Source: Diplonema japonicum
Taxonomy: Eukaryota > Protista > Euglenozoa: Diplonemea
Assembly (NCBI GenBank): GCA_964019335.1
Contig: OZ025648.1
Span: 1,127,309-1,191,308 of the forward strand
DNA length: 64,000 nucleotides
Direction: 5' to 3'
A program made the translations under genes and the position numbers. The notes below the pieces were generated by a model. The model was not told where the DNA came from. It worked only from the letters and a program-made list of their open reading frames with translations, and searched no databases. The stretch's first letter is position 1. Every line of letters begins with the position of its first letter. Positions 11,676-23,200 of this stretch are shown one piece after another.

Positions 11676-13625
11676 ATGGATGCCGCGGGGTTCTTCAGAG
11701 CGCTGAAGGCAGGCGACACGGAGAAAACACTGGATATGTTAGAGGGCCAGCACGGAAAGGAGTATGCTGGGCTTCGGGATGCTGGAAGGAGGGGGTCAAG
11801 GCCGCTTCACTGGGCAGCCTACTTGGGGAATGTAAGTGTTTGTGAGAAGCTGGTAGAGAAGAGAGCTGGTCTACGGGCAGTGGAGAGGGACGGGAAGACC
11901 GCGTTGCATGTGGCAGCAGCTGAGGGACACCTTAAAGTGGTGATCGTGCTGTTGTCTGCTTTGAAGGACCAGGACCTTGCAACCCCTATGAACGAGTACC
12001 AGTGGAGCCCACGCACGCTGTCTACCAGGAATGGCCATGAGGAGATCGCAAAACTGCTCTCTGTTGCCTTCCCTAGTACCTCCCCTGAGGACCACGACCT
12101 CACCACCAATACACTTAGCGAGCGACTCAAGCACTTCAAATCCGTATCGTCCATCCTCGCATCCCAGTTCAGCTCCCAAAAAGATGCCCTTCTCCGTGCC
12201 TCCCGTCTTGCTTTCGAGCGCCGCAGCCACGAGGCTACTCTCCTCGGGTCCCTTAAGATGGGGGTGAAGTCTATTGTGGACGACTGCTTGAAGGACACTC
12301 CCCGTGACCATGACAAGATATCAAAAGAGACGGAGGAGTACGAAAGGGAGCTGTGGCGCAGGGTAAAACGGGACGAAGAAAGAAAAAGGGAGGAAGGGCG
12401 GAAGAGGTTCCAAGTTCAGATGGAGCGAGCAAGAGAAGAAACAAGGAAGCAAAGAAGCGTCTTGGAAAAACAGCTCCAGAAGGAACAACAAGAAGAGGTA
12501 AAGGAGCTACGAGAGGCGTGGGGGAGACACGAAGCGATACGAAACTTCGAACACACAATATTCATCAGCGGCGAGAAATGCTGCGACAGGTACGAGATGA
12601 CAGTGGAGGAAAGGGAAGGCTTCCCCGTGTGGGAGACGAGTGACGGGAGCAGGCTGTATTCAGAAAACGGGAGGTGGGTGGCCACTTCGCGAGGGGGCAT
12701 GCTGTTTCGGTCGGCGGTGCACGACACAAAGTCCCCCACTTGCGTGCACCCTTGGAAGGATGCTGACGGCATCACTTCAGAAGTGACGTGTCATGCTGAG
12801 ACAGGTGAGTACATGACGTTCACAGTGACGAAGCTACGGTGTGTCCCTCCGATGGTGAACCCCGGCGATATCCATCTGCGGGTGCAGCACAAGTCAACCG
12901 GCATCACACACAACCCACCCCTGCACTCGACTGTAGAACTAGAGACATCTACGGGAGGGTCATGCGTAGTGTCTCTGTATGTCCCCGGTGTGTGGGAAAC
13001 CTTGCTGGGAACTGGAACGGTCGATTTGTGTACAGGTTCGCAATGGGTCAAGGTAGCTGGTGACCTTGCTGTCTTCATCAAGGTGTCGCAGCACGCCCTG
13101 CCGAGACGGCCGCAGAGAGGTGACACGCTGCACGCTGTGATGCCTGCTGAGAGTGTTGCGATGTCGCTTGTTGTGGTCTCTGCGTGGGGGCTACCTTCCT
13201 TGGGGTTCTTCTCATTAGACCTCAAGGCCTATGTGAAGATACGCTACGCAGATGAGGAGCTCAAGACTACTGTGGAGGAGTCTGCAAGTCTTGAGTGGAA
13301 GGAGCCGTTCACCTTTACCTGCCCGTCGGACAGGTCCATCCTGCTCACGGTGTGCCATGCGTCTTTGGTGGGTGTTGACCAGGAGATTGCATCATGCACC
13401 CTGCCCCCCACTTCAAAAGGCGACCAGGAGTTGTCGCTCGCTCCGTCGGGCAAGCTGCGTGTCGTCTGGTCCAAAGACAGCCAAAAGTCTCCCACGCCTT
13501 CCAAGGCTTCTGCATTGTGTGCCGACATGTGGGTTGAGCGAGAGCAGAGCGACGGGGAGGACGACGATTCTGAGGGAACTGCTTCCTTCGGCACCTTTGC
13601 TTCATTAGAATGGATGGAGACATAG
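11676..13625 (+). CDS. Ankyrin-repeat, coiled-coil and C2-domain protein
   Basis: Ankyrin motifs (RPLHWAAYLGN, GKTALHVAAAEGHLKVV), charged coiled coil, C-terminal C2-like fold (LVVVSAWGLP..AYVKIRY..KTTVEE..WKEPFTF). Confidence 0.8.
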   Translation: MDAAGFFRALKAGDTEKTLDMLEGQHGKEYAGLRDAGRRGSRPLHWAAYLGNVSVCEKLVEKRAGLRAVERDGKTALHVAAAEGHLKVVIVLLSALKDQDLATPMNEYQWSPRTLSTRNGHEEIAKLLSVAFPSTSPEDHDLTTNTLSERLKHFKSVSSILASQFSSQKDALLRASRLAFERRSHEATLLGSLKMGVKSIVDDCLKDTPRDHDKISKETEEYERELWRRVKRDEERKREEGRKRFQVQMERAREETRKQRSVLEKQLQKEQQEEVKELREAWGRHEAIRNFEHTIFISGEKCCDRYEMTVEEREGFPVWETSDGSRLYSENGRWVATSRGGMLFRSAVHDTKSPTCVHPWKDADGITSEVTCHAETGEYMTFTVTKLRCVPPMVNPGDIHLRVQHKSTGITHNPPLHSTVELETSTGGSCVVSLYVPGVWETLLGTGTVDLCTGSQWVKVAGDLAVFIKVSQHALPRRPQRGDTLHAVMPAESVAMSLVVVSAWGLPSLGFFSLDLKAYVKIRYADEELKTTVEESASLEWKEPFTFTCPSDRSILLTVCHASLVGVDQEIASCTLPPTSKGDQELSLAPSGKLRVVWSKDSQKSPTPSKASALCADMWVEREQSDGEDDDSEGTASFGTFASLEWMET

Positions 13626-13739
13626 TAGCGTTGCTGCTTATTTCCGTAAGCAGCTCACTGTAATATTTAAGTAAGAATTGCTGCTTTTTTCTTTTTTGTA
13701 CATTTTAGTTTTTACCCCCACCAGGGAATACATTAAAGA

Positions 13740-14151
13740 ATGAAGGGACTGACCCACAACTTGCTGGCGTGCCTGAAGTGCAGTGCGTTCCCTTTGAAAC
13801 TGACGGTGTCTGAGGCCGATCAGCTGGAGTGTGAATTCGATGCAGAGCACGTGGTGAGGATACTGCCCAAACTGGACTGGAAGGGCCTCGTGGCGCTTGC
13901 GGCAGATTTGAAAGAATTTTTGGATGTATGTTTGAAATACACGAAATAACAATCGCTAGGCTGATGTCGCCGCCCTGCCCGCAGAGATGCCTGAAGATAT
14001 TCACAAGAACGAGCCCGTGCTGCGCACCCTGCACCACCTCACAATGGAGATCAAGGTGCAGAACGGTTCCCTTGAGTGCCCTTCGTGCTCTACAAAATTT
14101 CAAATTAAGGACAGCATACCCAACATGGTGCTGAACGAAGCTGGCGAATAA
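13740..14151 (+). CDS. TRM112: TRM112 methyltransferase activator subunit; intron 13926-13959
   Basis: MKGLTHNLLAC..FPL..ILPKLDW. After the 34-nt intron GTATGT...CGCTAG the frame reads ADVAALPAEMPE..LRTLHHLTME..GSLECPSCSTKFQIKDSIPNMVL*. This second exon is absent from the ORF track. Confidence 0.92.
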
Positions 14152-14351
14152 TTTGCATGACGACATATGGTTACGAGAATGATCTGTTTTTTTTTCTCAT
14201 TTTTTCATTTCCAGTGTATTAATTGTGAGGCCGCTTGCCCCCTCATAAACAAGCACAGCCTACCCAAGAGATCATCAATTGTCATCTTTATTCGGTACCC
14301 CTGGAAACCAGGCACGTCCCATACTCACATAGGAAACAACACGTAGTCAAG

Positions 14352-17300
14352 ATGCCCAGCACGGCCTCGAGTGGGTCGCCAGGCCACATTGAGAGTCTGG
14401 AGATCACAGATTTCAAGAGTTACAAGGGGACGCACTACATTGGGCCGTTTAGAGACTTCACGTGCATTATCGGGCCCAATGGGAGCGGGAAGAGCAACAT
14501 CATGGACTCCATCTCGTTTGTCTTGGGGATCAAGACGGTCAACATGCGTGCAGCGAACCTAAAGGACCTCGTGTACAGCGTGGAAACAGGTGCAGCAAAG
14601 AAGGCGACTGTGAAGCTATTCTTCGCGGTCTCTGGCTCCAAGAAGATTGTGTTTCAGCGAACAGTGACCACTGCTGGTGTCACCGAGTACTCAGTCGACG
14701 CCAAGGTGGTTTCGTGGCCAAAATACGAGGAGACTCTGAGGGAGTACAACATCCTGGCAGAAACGAGAAACTGTCTCATCTTTCAGGGCGAAGTCGAGAG
14801 CATGGCCCACAAGTCACCCAAGGAGATCACTGAGATGATCGAGACAGTAGCAGGATCCGCAGAGCTTAAAAAAGAATACGAGAAGAAGCGGAAGGAATAC
14901 CAAGACGCGTCGGACGTCCTGCGCCAGACCTCCAGAAACAAGCACCGCACAGGGATCGAGAAGAACACGCTGAAGCTGCACAAAGAAGAGGCTCAAAGGT
15001 ACCACACCCTCATGAAAGATTTAAGTATGTTATCGTCACACAATCAAAGATCCAACACCGACAGGTCTGTTAAAGGTGGAGCACGCCATGCTTCAGTTCT
15101 ACAACATTGAAACAGGCATCGTCGCCTCGAAGAAGTTCATGTCAGTGGCGAAGACTGGTGTGATGAACAGTGACAAGGCGTTCGGTGAGGTCGAGAGCAG
15201 CGCCAAGGAAGTCAAGCAGCGGATCGCGACCCTCCATGGAGAGCACTTGAAACATCACAAGCTTGACAAAGACTACACACAACAGCTGATGGTTAAGAAG
15301 CGCATCAGTGCAGAGAAGGATGCAGAGAGCAAGATGATGCAGCTCAAAGTCAGCAAGCTGCAGACACAGCTCAAGTCAGCAAAAGAAGAAGGCGAGAAGG
15401 CGAGCGAGAGGCTTAAGAGCTTGGAAACCGACCTGAAGGAACAGGAGGTAATTATGACAGCACACGAGAAGAAGTGGAAAGAAGAAGACAAACAAGGTGC
15501 TCTGTCTGAGACGGACATCGCTGAGTTCAAGAAGCTGCGATCAATCGCTCAAGAGGAGACTTCGGGGCTCACGCAGGAGCTGAAGCAACATGAACGAAAC
15601 CTGGAACACGCGAGACACCAGAAGGCCAGCTACGAAGAAGTGAAGAGGGACAACGAGAAGAGGCTCCATGCTGCTCACGAAAAGATAATCACGTTCAAGA
15701 AGAAGGAGGACGAAGCTACAGGTCAGGGCGGTGCAGCTAAGGAACAAAAGGAAGAATGGAACTCTGAATTGATGCAGGTCAAAGGACTAATCCAGCGACA
15801 GAAGGAAGAGCTGCAAAAGAAGGAGCAGCAACTGAAGCAGGTGACCGACGAGGTGGCCAGCATCAGGAGCGACAGAGATGAGAGCAAGTCATCGCTGCGC
15901 ATGAAGCAGGCACTCGAGGACATGATGGAGCTTTACAGCGGTGTGAAGGGAAGGTTATGCGACCTTATCACCATTCCTAACAAGAAGCATCGTGTGGCCG
16001 TGACAGTTGCCCTTGGGAGACACATGGAGGCCATCGTCACAGACAACGACAGAACAGCCCATGAATGCGTGCAGTACCTGAAAGACCAGAGGATTGGCAC
16101 CTTATCATTCATCCCCCTACCGTCCGTCCGCGGAAAAGAAGTCACCGACCAGCACAGGGTCCTGGGTGGCACCGCTACACCCGTGGCCGACTGCATCACT
16201 TGCGAGTCCTGGTTGGACCCGGCCATCAAGTATGCCATTGGGCAGACCATCCTCGTTGACGATCTAAAGGAAGGGCAACAAGTGGCGTGGGAAAAGTCAA
16301 GCAGGCACAAGGTTGTCACCTTGGACGGTACAGTGCTTCAGAAGAACGGTGTGATGACCGGTGGTGCCGCAAGTATCGAGAACCGTGCGAGGAAGTTCGA
16401 CGAAAAGCTCCTGGAAGGGAAGAAGGAAAAGCGCGACAGGCTTGCGATTGAAGTACGAAGCCTGCACACTGACATCCTTAGGGCCGACGAGAAGGAGCGC
16501 GACCTGTCAGCGCAGGTGGACGCACAGAAGCAAAAGGAAGTGTTCTACAAAACTGATATACAGCAGTGGTCTAGCAAAAGGAAGGAGCTCGAGGATGAAC
16601 TCAAGAGGCTGAAGGCTGAAGAGAAAGACACCTTTGGGCCGAAGCTGGAGGCTTTGGAAAAGGAGATACAGAGTCTAGAGAAACAGGTTGATAAAATACA
16701 GGGCAAGATCACAGTTGAGGAGAGTAAGATATTCGGTGCATTCGGAGAGCGTGTAAAAATCAGGGATGTCAGGGACTACGAAAGGCGAGAGCTCAACAAA
16801 GAAAAAGACCGAGCTGCCAAGAGAGCGGAGGTGAGGTCTGTGATAAACAGGCTGATGGCGCAGTCGGACTTCGAGAAGAGAAGAGAAAGGCCTATTTCGC
16901 CTGCTGAGCTCACAGCACAACTGAAAAAGCTGGAGGAAGACACGAAAGCAAAAAGAAAAGATTCAGAGAACCGAGCGAAGGAAGAAGAAGAGCTTGAGAA
17001 GCGCTCGGCCAAGACTAAGGAGAAGATCGAATCAAATGGAAAGGATCTGCGCACCGCCGAGACAGAACTGAAGAAGCTGAAGAAAGAACTCAGTATGAAG
17101 ACAGCGGACAGAGAGGCAGCCTTGAAGAAACAGCAGCAACTGCTCACCCTTCAAGAGAAGCTAAGGTCGCAGAGGAACCGACTGAGGTCAAGGTGCGTCG
17201 CAGAAGACGTTGACCTTCCCAACGTATCGCTCGTTGACTTAAGCAAAAGGAAAAGGAAGCGAGAACACACAGAGAGCGACCTGGGGAGCAATAAGGGAGG

Positions 17301-18234
17301 GTCCGGCAAGCACGTGGAGGAATTAGAGAGCACCACCGACGCTGAGGGCTTTGTCACTGTATCGGAGGTCTTCATTGAGGGACAACCGAATGACGAGAAG
17401 ACAACCAGCGACCTTGGTAAACAGTCAGCCAAGAATATGACCGCGCTTGACTTCACGAAAATGAAGGAATCCCTAAGGTCCGCTGTGCGCAAGGGCAAGG
17501 AGTCCTACTTGGAGCAGCTCACCATCCTTGACCACGCGATTGAAGAGAAGCTCGACGCCATTGACAGGCTCATCCCTAACATGAAAATTGACGACAAGAA
17601 GATGAAGGGCATCGAGGGCGAGATGAAGAAGACTACTGACAACTGGTTGGACGCTCAAGAGAAGCAGAAGAAGGCACACCTCTCCTTCATAAAGGTGAAG
17701 GAGAAGAGGTATGCTAGGTTCACCAGAGCGTTCGAGATAATCTCAAACTCGATCTCTGCTGTGTACCAGCTGTTGACGCAAGGCACCAGCGGAGATGCCA
17801 AAGGTGTTGCCTTCATCACATCTGATGAGCTAGAAGAGCCGTACTTGGGTGGGACGAAGTTCTCAGCAGTGCCGCCCACGAAGCGTTACCGTGAAATGGA
17901 GTCGCTTTCAGGTGGCGAGAAGACGGTTGCTGCGTTGGCGCTCCTCTTCGCCATTCACAAGGTGTGCCCTTCGCCGTTCTTCGTCCTTGATGAGGTGGAT
18001 GCCGCCCTCGACAAAGGGAACGTGGACAAGGTCATCAACTACGTGCAGAAGACATGCACCAACACACAGTTCCTGGTCATTAGTCTCAAGGTATGCTTTG
18101 TGTTTGTAGTCCTATGATTTTTTATTCCGCAGGACACGTTTTACCAGACTGCTAGTAGTCTCGTCGGTGTTCACAAGGTCAGACTCAACCACTCCTCCGC
18201 AGTCAAGACCCTGGATCTTACTCAGTACGAATGA
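14352..18234 (+). CDS. SMC1: Cohesin subunit SMC1; introns 15025-15064 and 18091-18132
   Basis: FKSYKG, Walker A IIGPNGSGKSNIMDSISFVLG, hinge (GVKGRLCDL, VTLDGTVLQKNGVMTGG), signature LSGGEKTVAALALLFAIH, Walker B FFVLDEVDAALD. Introns of 40 and 42 nt restore frame and the C-terminus ISLK|DTFYQTASSLVGV..TLDLTQYE*. Confidence 0.95.
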
Positions 18235-18332
18235 GATCCCCCCCCCCTCCTTAGATCTTCCTATAGAGTGCATTTTTTAACCCATTCTCTTCTTTTGGTT
18301 GTAACCTACCCAATGTGTGCTTTTTCTTTTTA

Positions 18333-18376
18333 GGCGATCATGTCACATACTGCAGGTTCCCTTCAAAGACATCTTT
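18333..18376 (+). repeat. Dispersed intergenic motif, copy 3
   Basis: GGCGATCATGTCACATACTGCAGGTTCCCTTCAAAGACATCTTT. Confidence 0.65.
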
Positions 18377-18397
18377 TAATAAGGCATTTCTTAGTGC

Positions 18398-18430
<33 letters not shown>

Positions 18431-18779
18431 GAGAAAGAAATGGGCGGGGGGGAGAAAAGAGAATTTAAGCCATGCAATGTGGTCCGTTCCCCGTTCCCCT
18501 TCTCAAAGCAACTAGATGAATGGGGGGAGAAAAGGAATGAATCAGCGAAAAGGTCGGGTAAAGGGTTTTCTCTTATTACTTTTTTTTCCTGCGCTGCCGA
18601 CCCTTTCTTCTAATCCTCCCATCTGTTATGCCAGCTCTTCAGTTGGTGTGGCATTTCCCCCTTTTATTTACTCCCCTTTTTTAGATCTCGCTTCCTCCCT
18701 ATTTTTTTCATTCAGTTCTTATTTTCTTTTCTGACCTGTACGGGCACGTCGATGTTTCCTCTTCTTTAGGACAGATTCG

Positions 18780-19655
18780 ATGGGTAGATATTGGTACGCG
18801 GTGGCACGGGGTAGGAGAACAGGAGTATACGAGACTTGGGGTGATGCAGAGGATAATGTAAGAGGGTACAGTGGCGCAAAGTACAAGAAATTCTCAAGCA
18901 GGAGTGAAGCACAGGAATGGGCTAATGGAGGGGAGCCTGAACAGGACGAGGGCTACGCAAGGGAGCCTGTACAGAACACGAGTTATGCAAGAGCGCCTGT
19001 ACAGGACAGGAGCTATGCAAGAGCGCCTGTACAGGACAGGGACTATGCAAGGGAGCGTGATTATGACAGACGCACCCGAGCTTATGAAATGCCTACTCAA
19101 ACACACAGGTCCAGCAACGACCTGTACTATGATGCAATCGAGCAAGAACAAGGAGAAGCTTCAGAGCCCGATGAATGTGTTCCCACTCAGCCCATCTACC
19201 CGCGAGAGACGCGTAGATCCTACAGAGCACCAGAAACACCTCAAAACAGCCGTATGACCATGTACTTCGATGGTGCTAGCAAGGGCAACCCAGGCAGGTC
19301 TGGTGCTGGTGCGTGGCTATCGGATGGGCGCACATGCAAGTGGACAGTCACACACCCCATACCTGGCTCGGCTACGAACAACGAGGCTGAGTACTACGGT
19401 CTTGTGGAGGGACTTCGCAAGGCTTGCGATACCGGGGTGGCGAAGCTGCATGTGAAGGGTGACAGCGACCTCATTATCAAACAGATGCAGGGCATCTACA
19501 AGGTGCGTAGCCCTGGTCTGACGCCACTCCACAACCAAGCCATGGACATGGTGAACAAGATCAGGAGGCGTAACGGTGCAGAGGTTACTTTCGAACACAT
19601 CCCCAGGGGGCAGAATGCAAGGGCCGATGAGCTAGCAAATCGTGCGGTTAGGTAA
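18780..19655 (+). CDS. Ribonuclease H1: N-terminal hybrid-binding (Cauli_VI) domain + archaeal/plant-type RNase HI domain
   Basis: WYAVARGRRTGVYETW..VRGYSGAKYKKFSSRSEA. Catalytic motifs FDGASKGNPG, TNNEAEY, GDSDLIIKQM, HIPRGQNARADELAN. Confidence 0.9.
   Translation: MGRYWYAVARGRRTGVYETWGDAEDNVRGYSGAKYKKFSSRSEAQEWANGGEPEQDEGYAREPVQNTSYARAPVQDRSYARAPVQDRDYARERDYDRRTRAYEMPTQTHRSSNDLYYDAIEQEQGEASEPDECVPTQPIYPRETRRSYRAPETPQNSRMTMYFDGASKGNPGRSGAGAWLSDGRTCKWTVTHPIPGSATNNEAEYYGLVEGLRKACDTGVAKLHVKGDSDLIIKQMQGIYKVRSPGLTPLHNQAMDMVNKIRRRNGAEVTFEHIPRGQNARADELANRAVR
18931..19056 (+). repeat. Four tandem 30-nt coding repeats in the RNase H linker (consensus xxPVQDRxYA)
   Basis: Units start at 18931, 18961, 18991 and 19021. 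Confidence 0.9.
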
Positions 19656-19749
19656 TAGCAAGCGTCTTCTGACGAAACCCTTTCAGGCTTTGTGAGGGAT
19701 ACATAGATTATTTTCACCTAGCTACAAGTGTTACGCATCCATAGGAGAC

Positions 19750-20172
19750 ATGCCTGTCTTGAAGTACCAAGCAGTGTCGTATGAGGTCCCGTCGGCCACC
19801 ACAGTTGGGTGTCTTCAGGACTGGGTGGTAGAACACCTTGGGATCCCCAAGGCATTCCAGAAGCTGGTGATGAAGGGTAAGCAGCTGGTGGACGAAACGG
19901 CGGTACTTGACGTTAAGGCTAAGGTAATGCTGCTGGGAAACAGCTATGATGCCAAAGGGGCAGGCGAGGCGATCAGCAAGTGCTGCAGCAACGCAACAAA
20001 GTTCCTCGCCGATACACGCAGCAAAGGGGCTGTTACTGAGACCACGGCAGCAGAGTGCAAAAAGCTCTTAGAGGAGTTGTTTAGCTTCAACATACCCGAG
20101 GGGGTTGAAAGCTTCAAGGAACGTGAAATGGTAGCTAAGAAGTTGCGTAATATACTAGGAGCAAGTGGCTAG
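19750..20172 (+). CDS. Ubiquitin-like domain protein with short helical C-terminus (BAG1-like)
   Basis: TVGCLQDWVVEHLGIPKAFQKLVMKGKQL..KVMLLG resembles a BAG1-type UBL. The BAG assignment of the C-terminus is tentative. Confidence 0.65.
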   Translation: MPVLKYQAVSYEVPSATTVGCLQDWVVEHLGIPKAFQKLVMKGKQLVDETAVLDVKAKVMLLGNSYDAKGAGEAISKCCSNATKFLADTRSKGAVTETTAAECKKLLEELFSFNIPEGVESFKEREMVAKKLRNILGASG

Positions 20173-20231
20173 AACAAGTTGTTTTCTTGTACACTGCTAA
20201 ATATACGACAAAACACAGGGTGGGGTGGTTG

Positions 20232-23200
20232 ATGCCAAATGGTGCGCACCTGTTAGCGTGGGCACCTGCTCATCATTGGCACACCGCGGTGAAACAGCAT
20301 GGTCATGCTTTGAGGTGGTTCAAGCCTACAGGTACAGGGCACCATGGCCATGGGGTTGCTCGTTCACACGCGCACACTGGGCATTCAGCGCACACTGGAC
20401 ATTCGTACCACAATCATGGCAGCAGTGGAGATAGTGGGACGGAACATGCTAGTTCGACGGAAACTGGCACAAGTGGCGATGCACACAGATCAACACAGGG
20501 CCATCCCACGAACACACACAGCTCGCAATCACATGAGCAGAGCACACATCACACAGCGGGCCAAAACAATCAAACGTTCTCAGCAAGTGCTAATAAAGAG
20601 TCCCATGGAAGCAGCCATCCTGAAGGGCCTACAGGAAAGGCAAGCACGACTGCTACCGCAACAAGCTCTGGACATCCTGTTCATAATACATCTCAAACAA
20701 GTAGTCACAGCAGAAGTACAGGACCAGCAGGGGCAAAGGAGGCAACCATGAAGCACACTACTGGTGTATCAGAAGGCGCATCTCACGGTCCACGCGCAGG
20801 GAATGCAGAGCAGCACAGCACAGCTGGCCCAGCAAAACATGACATGTCGAACAGCAGTGCAGTACCTGGAGAGACGTCCGGTGCGCAGGCATCAGCACAT
20901 TCAGCAGCTGGTAACAATGGGACGGGAAAGGCGCACCACGTGCATTCTACTCACGAGAGATCCAGTACTGCTTCAAGGACATTCCATCACACTACCGAGG
21001 GGCAAGCGGAAGTTGGCCACGAGACTACTATGCATAGTAACACATCTGGTAGAGCAGGCCACCCGGAGGCAAGCAGTACTGCTGAGAGCTCTAGTTCAGC
21101 AGGTGCTGCAGGGCATGGGAATCTTCCTGACACGGCAGGGTCACATGCCGCGCAGAGCGCCCATAGCTCAGGCCGAGCACATACGAGTCATGCGACCGAT
21201 CCAAGCGCTGCAAATATCCATAAAACCACGACTGCCGAGACTGCATCAAGCACGAGTCATGCCCCCCAGTCCGGTAGTCAACCTAGTAGCCATACTAATC
21301 ATAGCAGTAGGCAACCCAACACCAGTTCCGCTACTGGGATGTCAGCACACACCGCCAAAGCTGATATCAGTCAGGCCAGCAGCAATCAGACGTCAAACAG
21401 TCAAACTGCACATACCACAAATCAAGCTGGTCAAGCTACAAGCCATGTAGATCAAGCAGCCTCAACCCACAGCCAAGCTAATGTTAGTCAGCAAACACAT
21501 ACCAGCCAAGCCACTAGTCAGACTGCTCATACCTCGAACCAGACTAGTCAGGCCGCCACCGGCACTAGTGTTGGCAGCCATGCAAATAGCAATCAGTTCC
21601 CGTCTACACGTTCTAGCACACAGGCTGATAGCCATGCTAACAGTGGAGGTCAAGCTACTAGCCATGCAAGCCACACGGGAATGCATGCCAACACGCAGGC
21701 TGACAGCGGGCAAGCAACAAATACAAGTTCCCATGCTAGCCAGGAAACACACAGTACAGGTGAGGCTGGGAGCAGTCGAACTACTTACGGTAGCCAAGCA
21801 CATGGTCAGAGTCATGCACACACCGATGTGAAGCATGCAAGCCAAACTTCTCAGGATCCTCTTGGACGCTCGAGAAGTAGTCAAGCTCACAGCACTCATG
21901 CGACAGGTGACCATGCTGCCTCCCAAGAAATGGGTACGCGTACCTCTGCAAGCTCGTCGCACAACGGCCATGCGGGCGAAACAAATTCAAAAGCGAGTCA
22001 TGTTGGCAGTTCGGGTCATGTACCAGGGGCAGCCAGCCAAGGTTCACATGCCCAATCGGGGCAAAGCACACATACTTCGCACACCGAAACAGGAGGGACA
22101 TCGCAGCAGGCAAATCATGGCCACAGCGACGCCACGACAGGTACACATGCTCAATCGGGGTATAGTAGTTCGCACCCCGAAGCAGCGAAAACGGCGCAGC
22201 CAGCCAGCCAAGGTCCACAAGCCCAATCGGGACAAAGCACACATACCTCACACACTGAAACAGGAAGGACAACACAGCAGGCAAACCATGGCTACGCTTC
22301 AGGCTCACATGCCCAATCGGGGCAAAGTAATTCGAACACCGAAGCAGCGACAACAGCACAACCGGCCAGCCAAAGTTCACAAGCTCAAGGCAATCCACAA
22401 CCGGCCAGCCAAGGTCCACAAGCCCAATCGGGACAAAGCACACATACTTCGCACACCACGGGAGGGACAACACAGCAGGCAAATCATGGCCACGGAAACG
22501 CCACGACAGGTACACATGCACAGCCAGCCAGCCAAGGTTCACAAGCCCAATCAGGACAAAGCACACATACTTCAGGCTCACATGCTCAATCGGGGCAAGG
22601 TGGTTCGCACACCGAAGCAGCGAAAACGGCGCAGCCAGCCAGCCAAGGTCCACATGACCAATCGGGACAAAGCACACATACCTCACACACCGAAACAGGA
22701 GGGACAACACAGCAGGCAAACCATGGCTACGCTTCAGGTTCACATGCCCAGGGGCAAGGTACGCATACCGAACCGGGGAAAGCAACGCAAGCTAACCACG
22801 GTTCACAGGCCCAATCGGCACAAAGCACACATCCTTCAAACACAGAAGGAGCCCGAGCTAGCGATACCGCACACAAAACGGCGGGTGCTAGTGGTCACGC
22901 GAAGGGACACAATCAAAGCGATTCACAGCATACTGGGCAGACCAACACAGCAAGGCATGAACAACGGAGCACCCCCTCCGCCAATACGAGCACGCACAGC
23001 GGTGCGAATAGCGGGCCAGGAAATGCAGCGGGGGCTAAGCCAAAAAGGAAGTTGCGCATGGGTAAAATACACACAAAAAACGGGGGCAGCTATCTTCCAA
23101 CTGGAACAAAGGCCACTTACCAGGGCCCTCCGGTTATGGCAAGCGCTGTGCCGATGAGCAGCATAACGGCAGGACACGGCAATATGCCAGCTGTGACTGT

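Noticed and set aside
18931-22835. Tandem repeats as a CRISPR-like array
   Set aside because: In-frame coding repeats without unique spacers; eukaryotic context and no cas genes.
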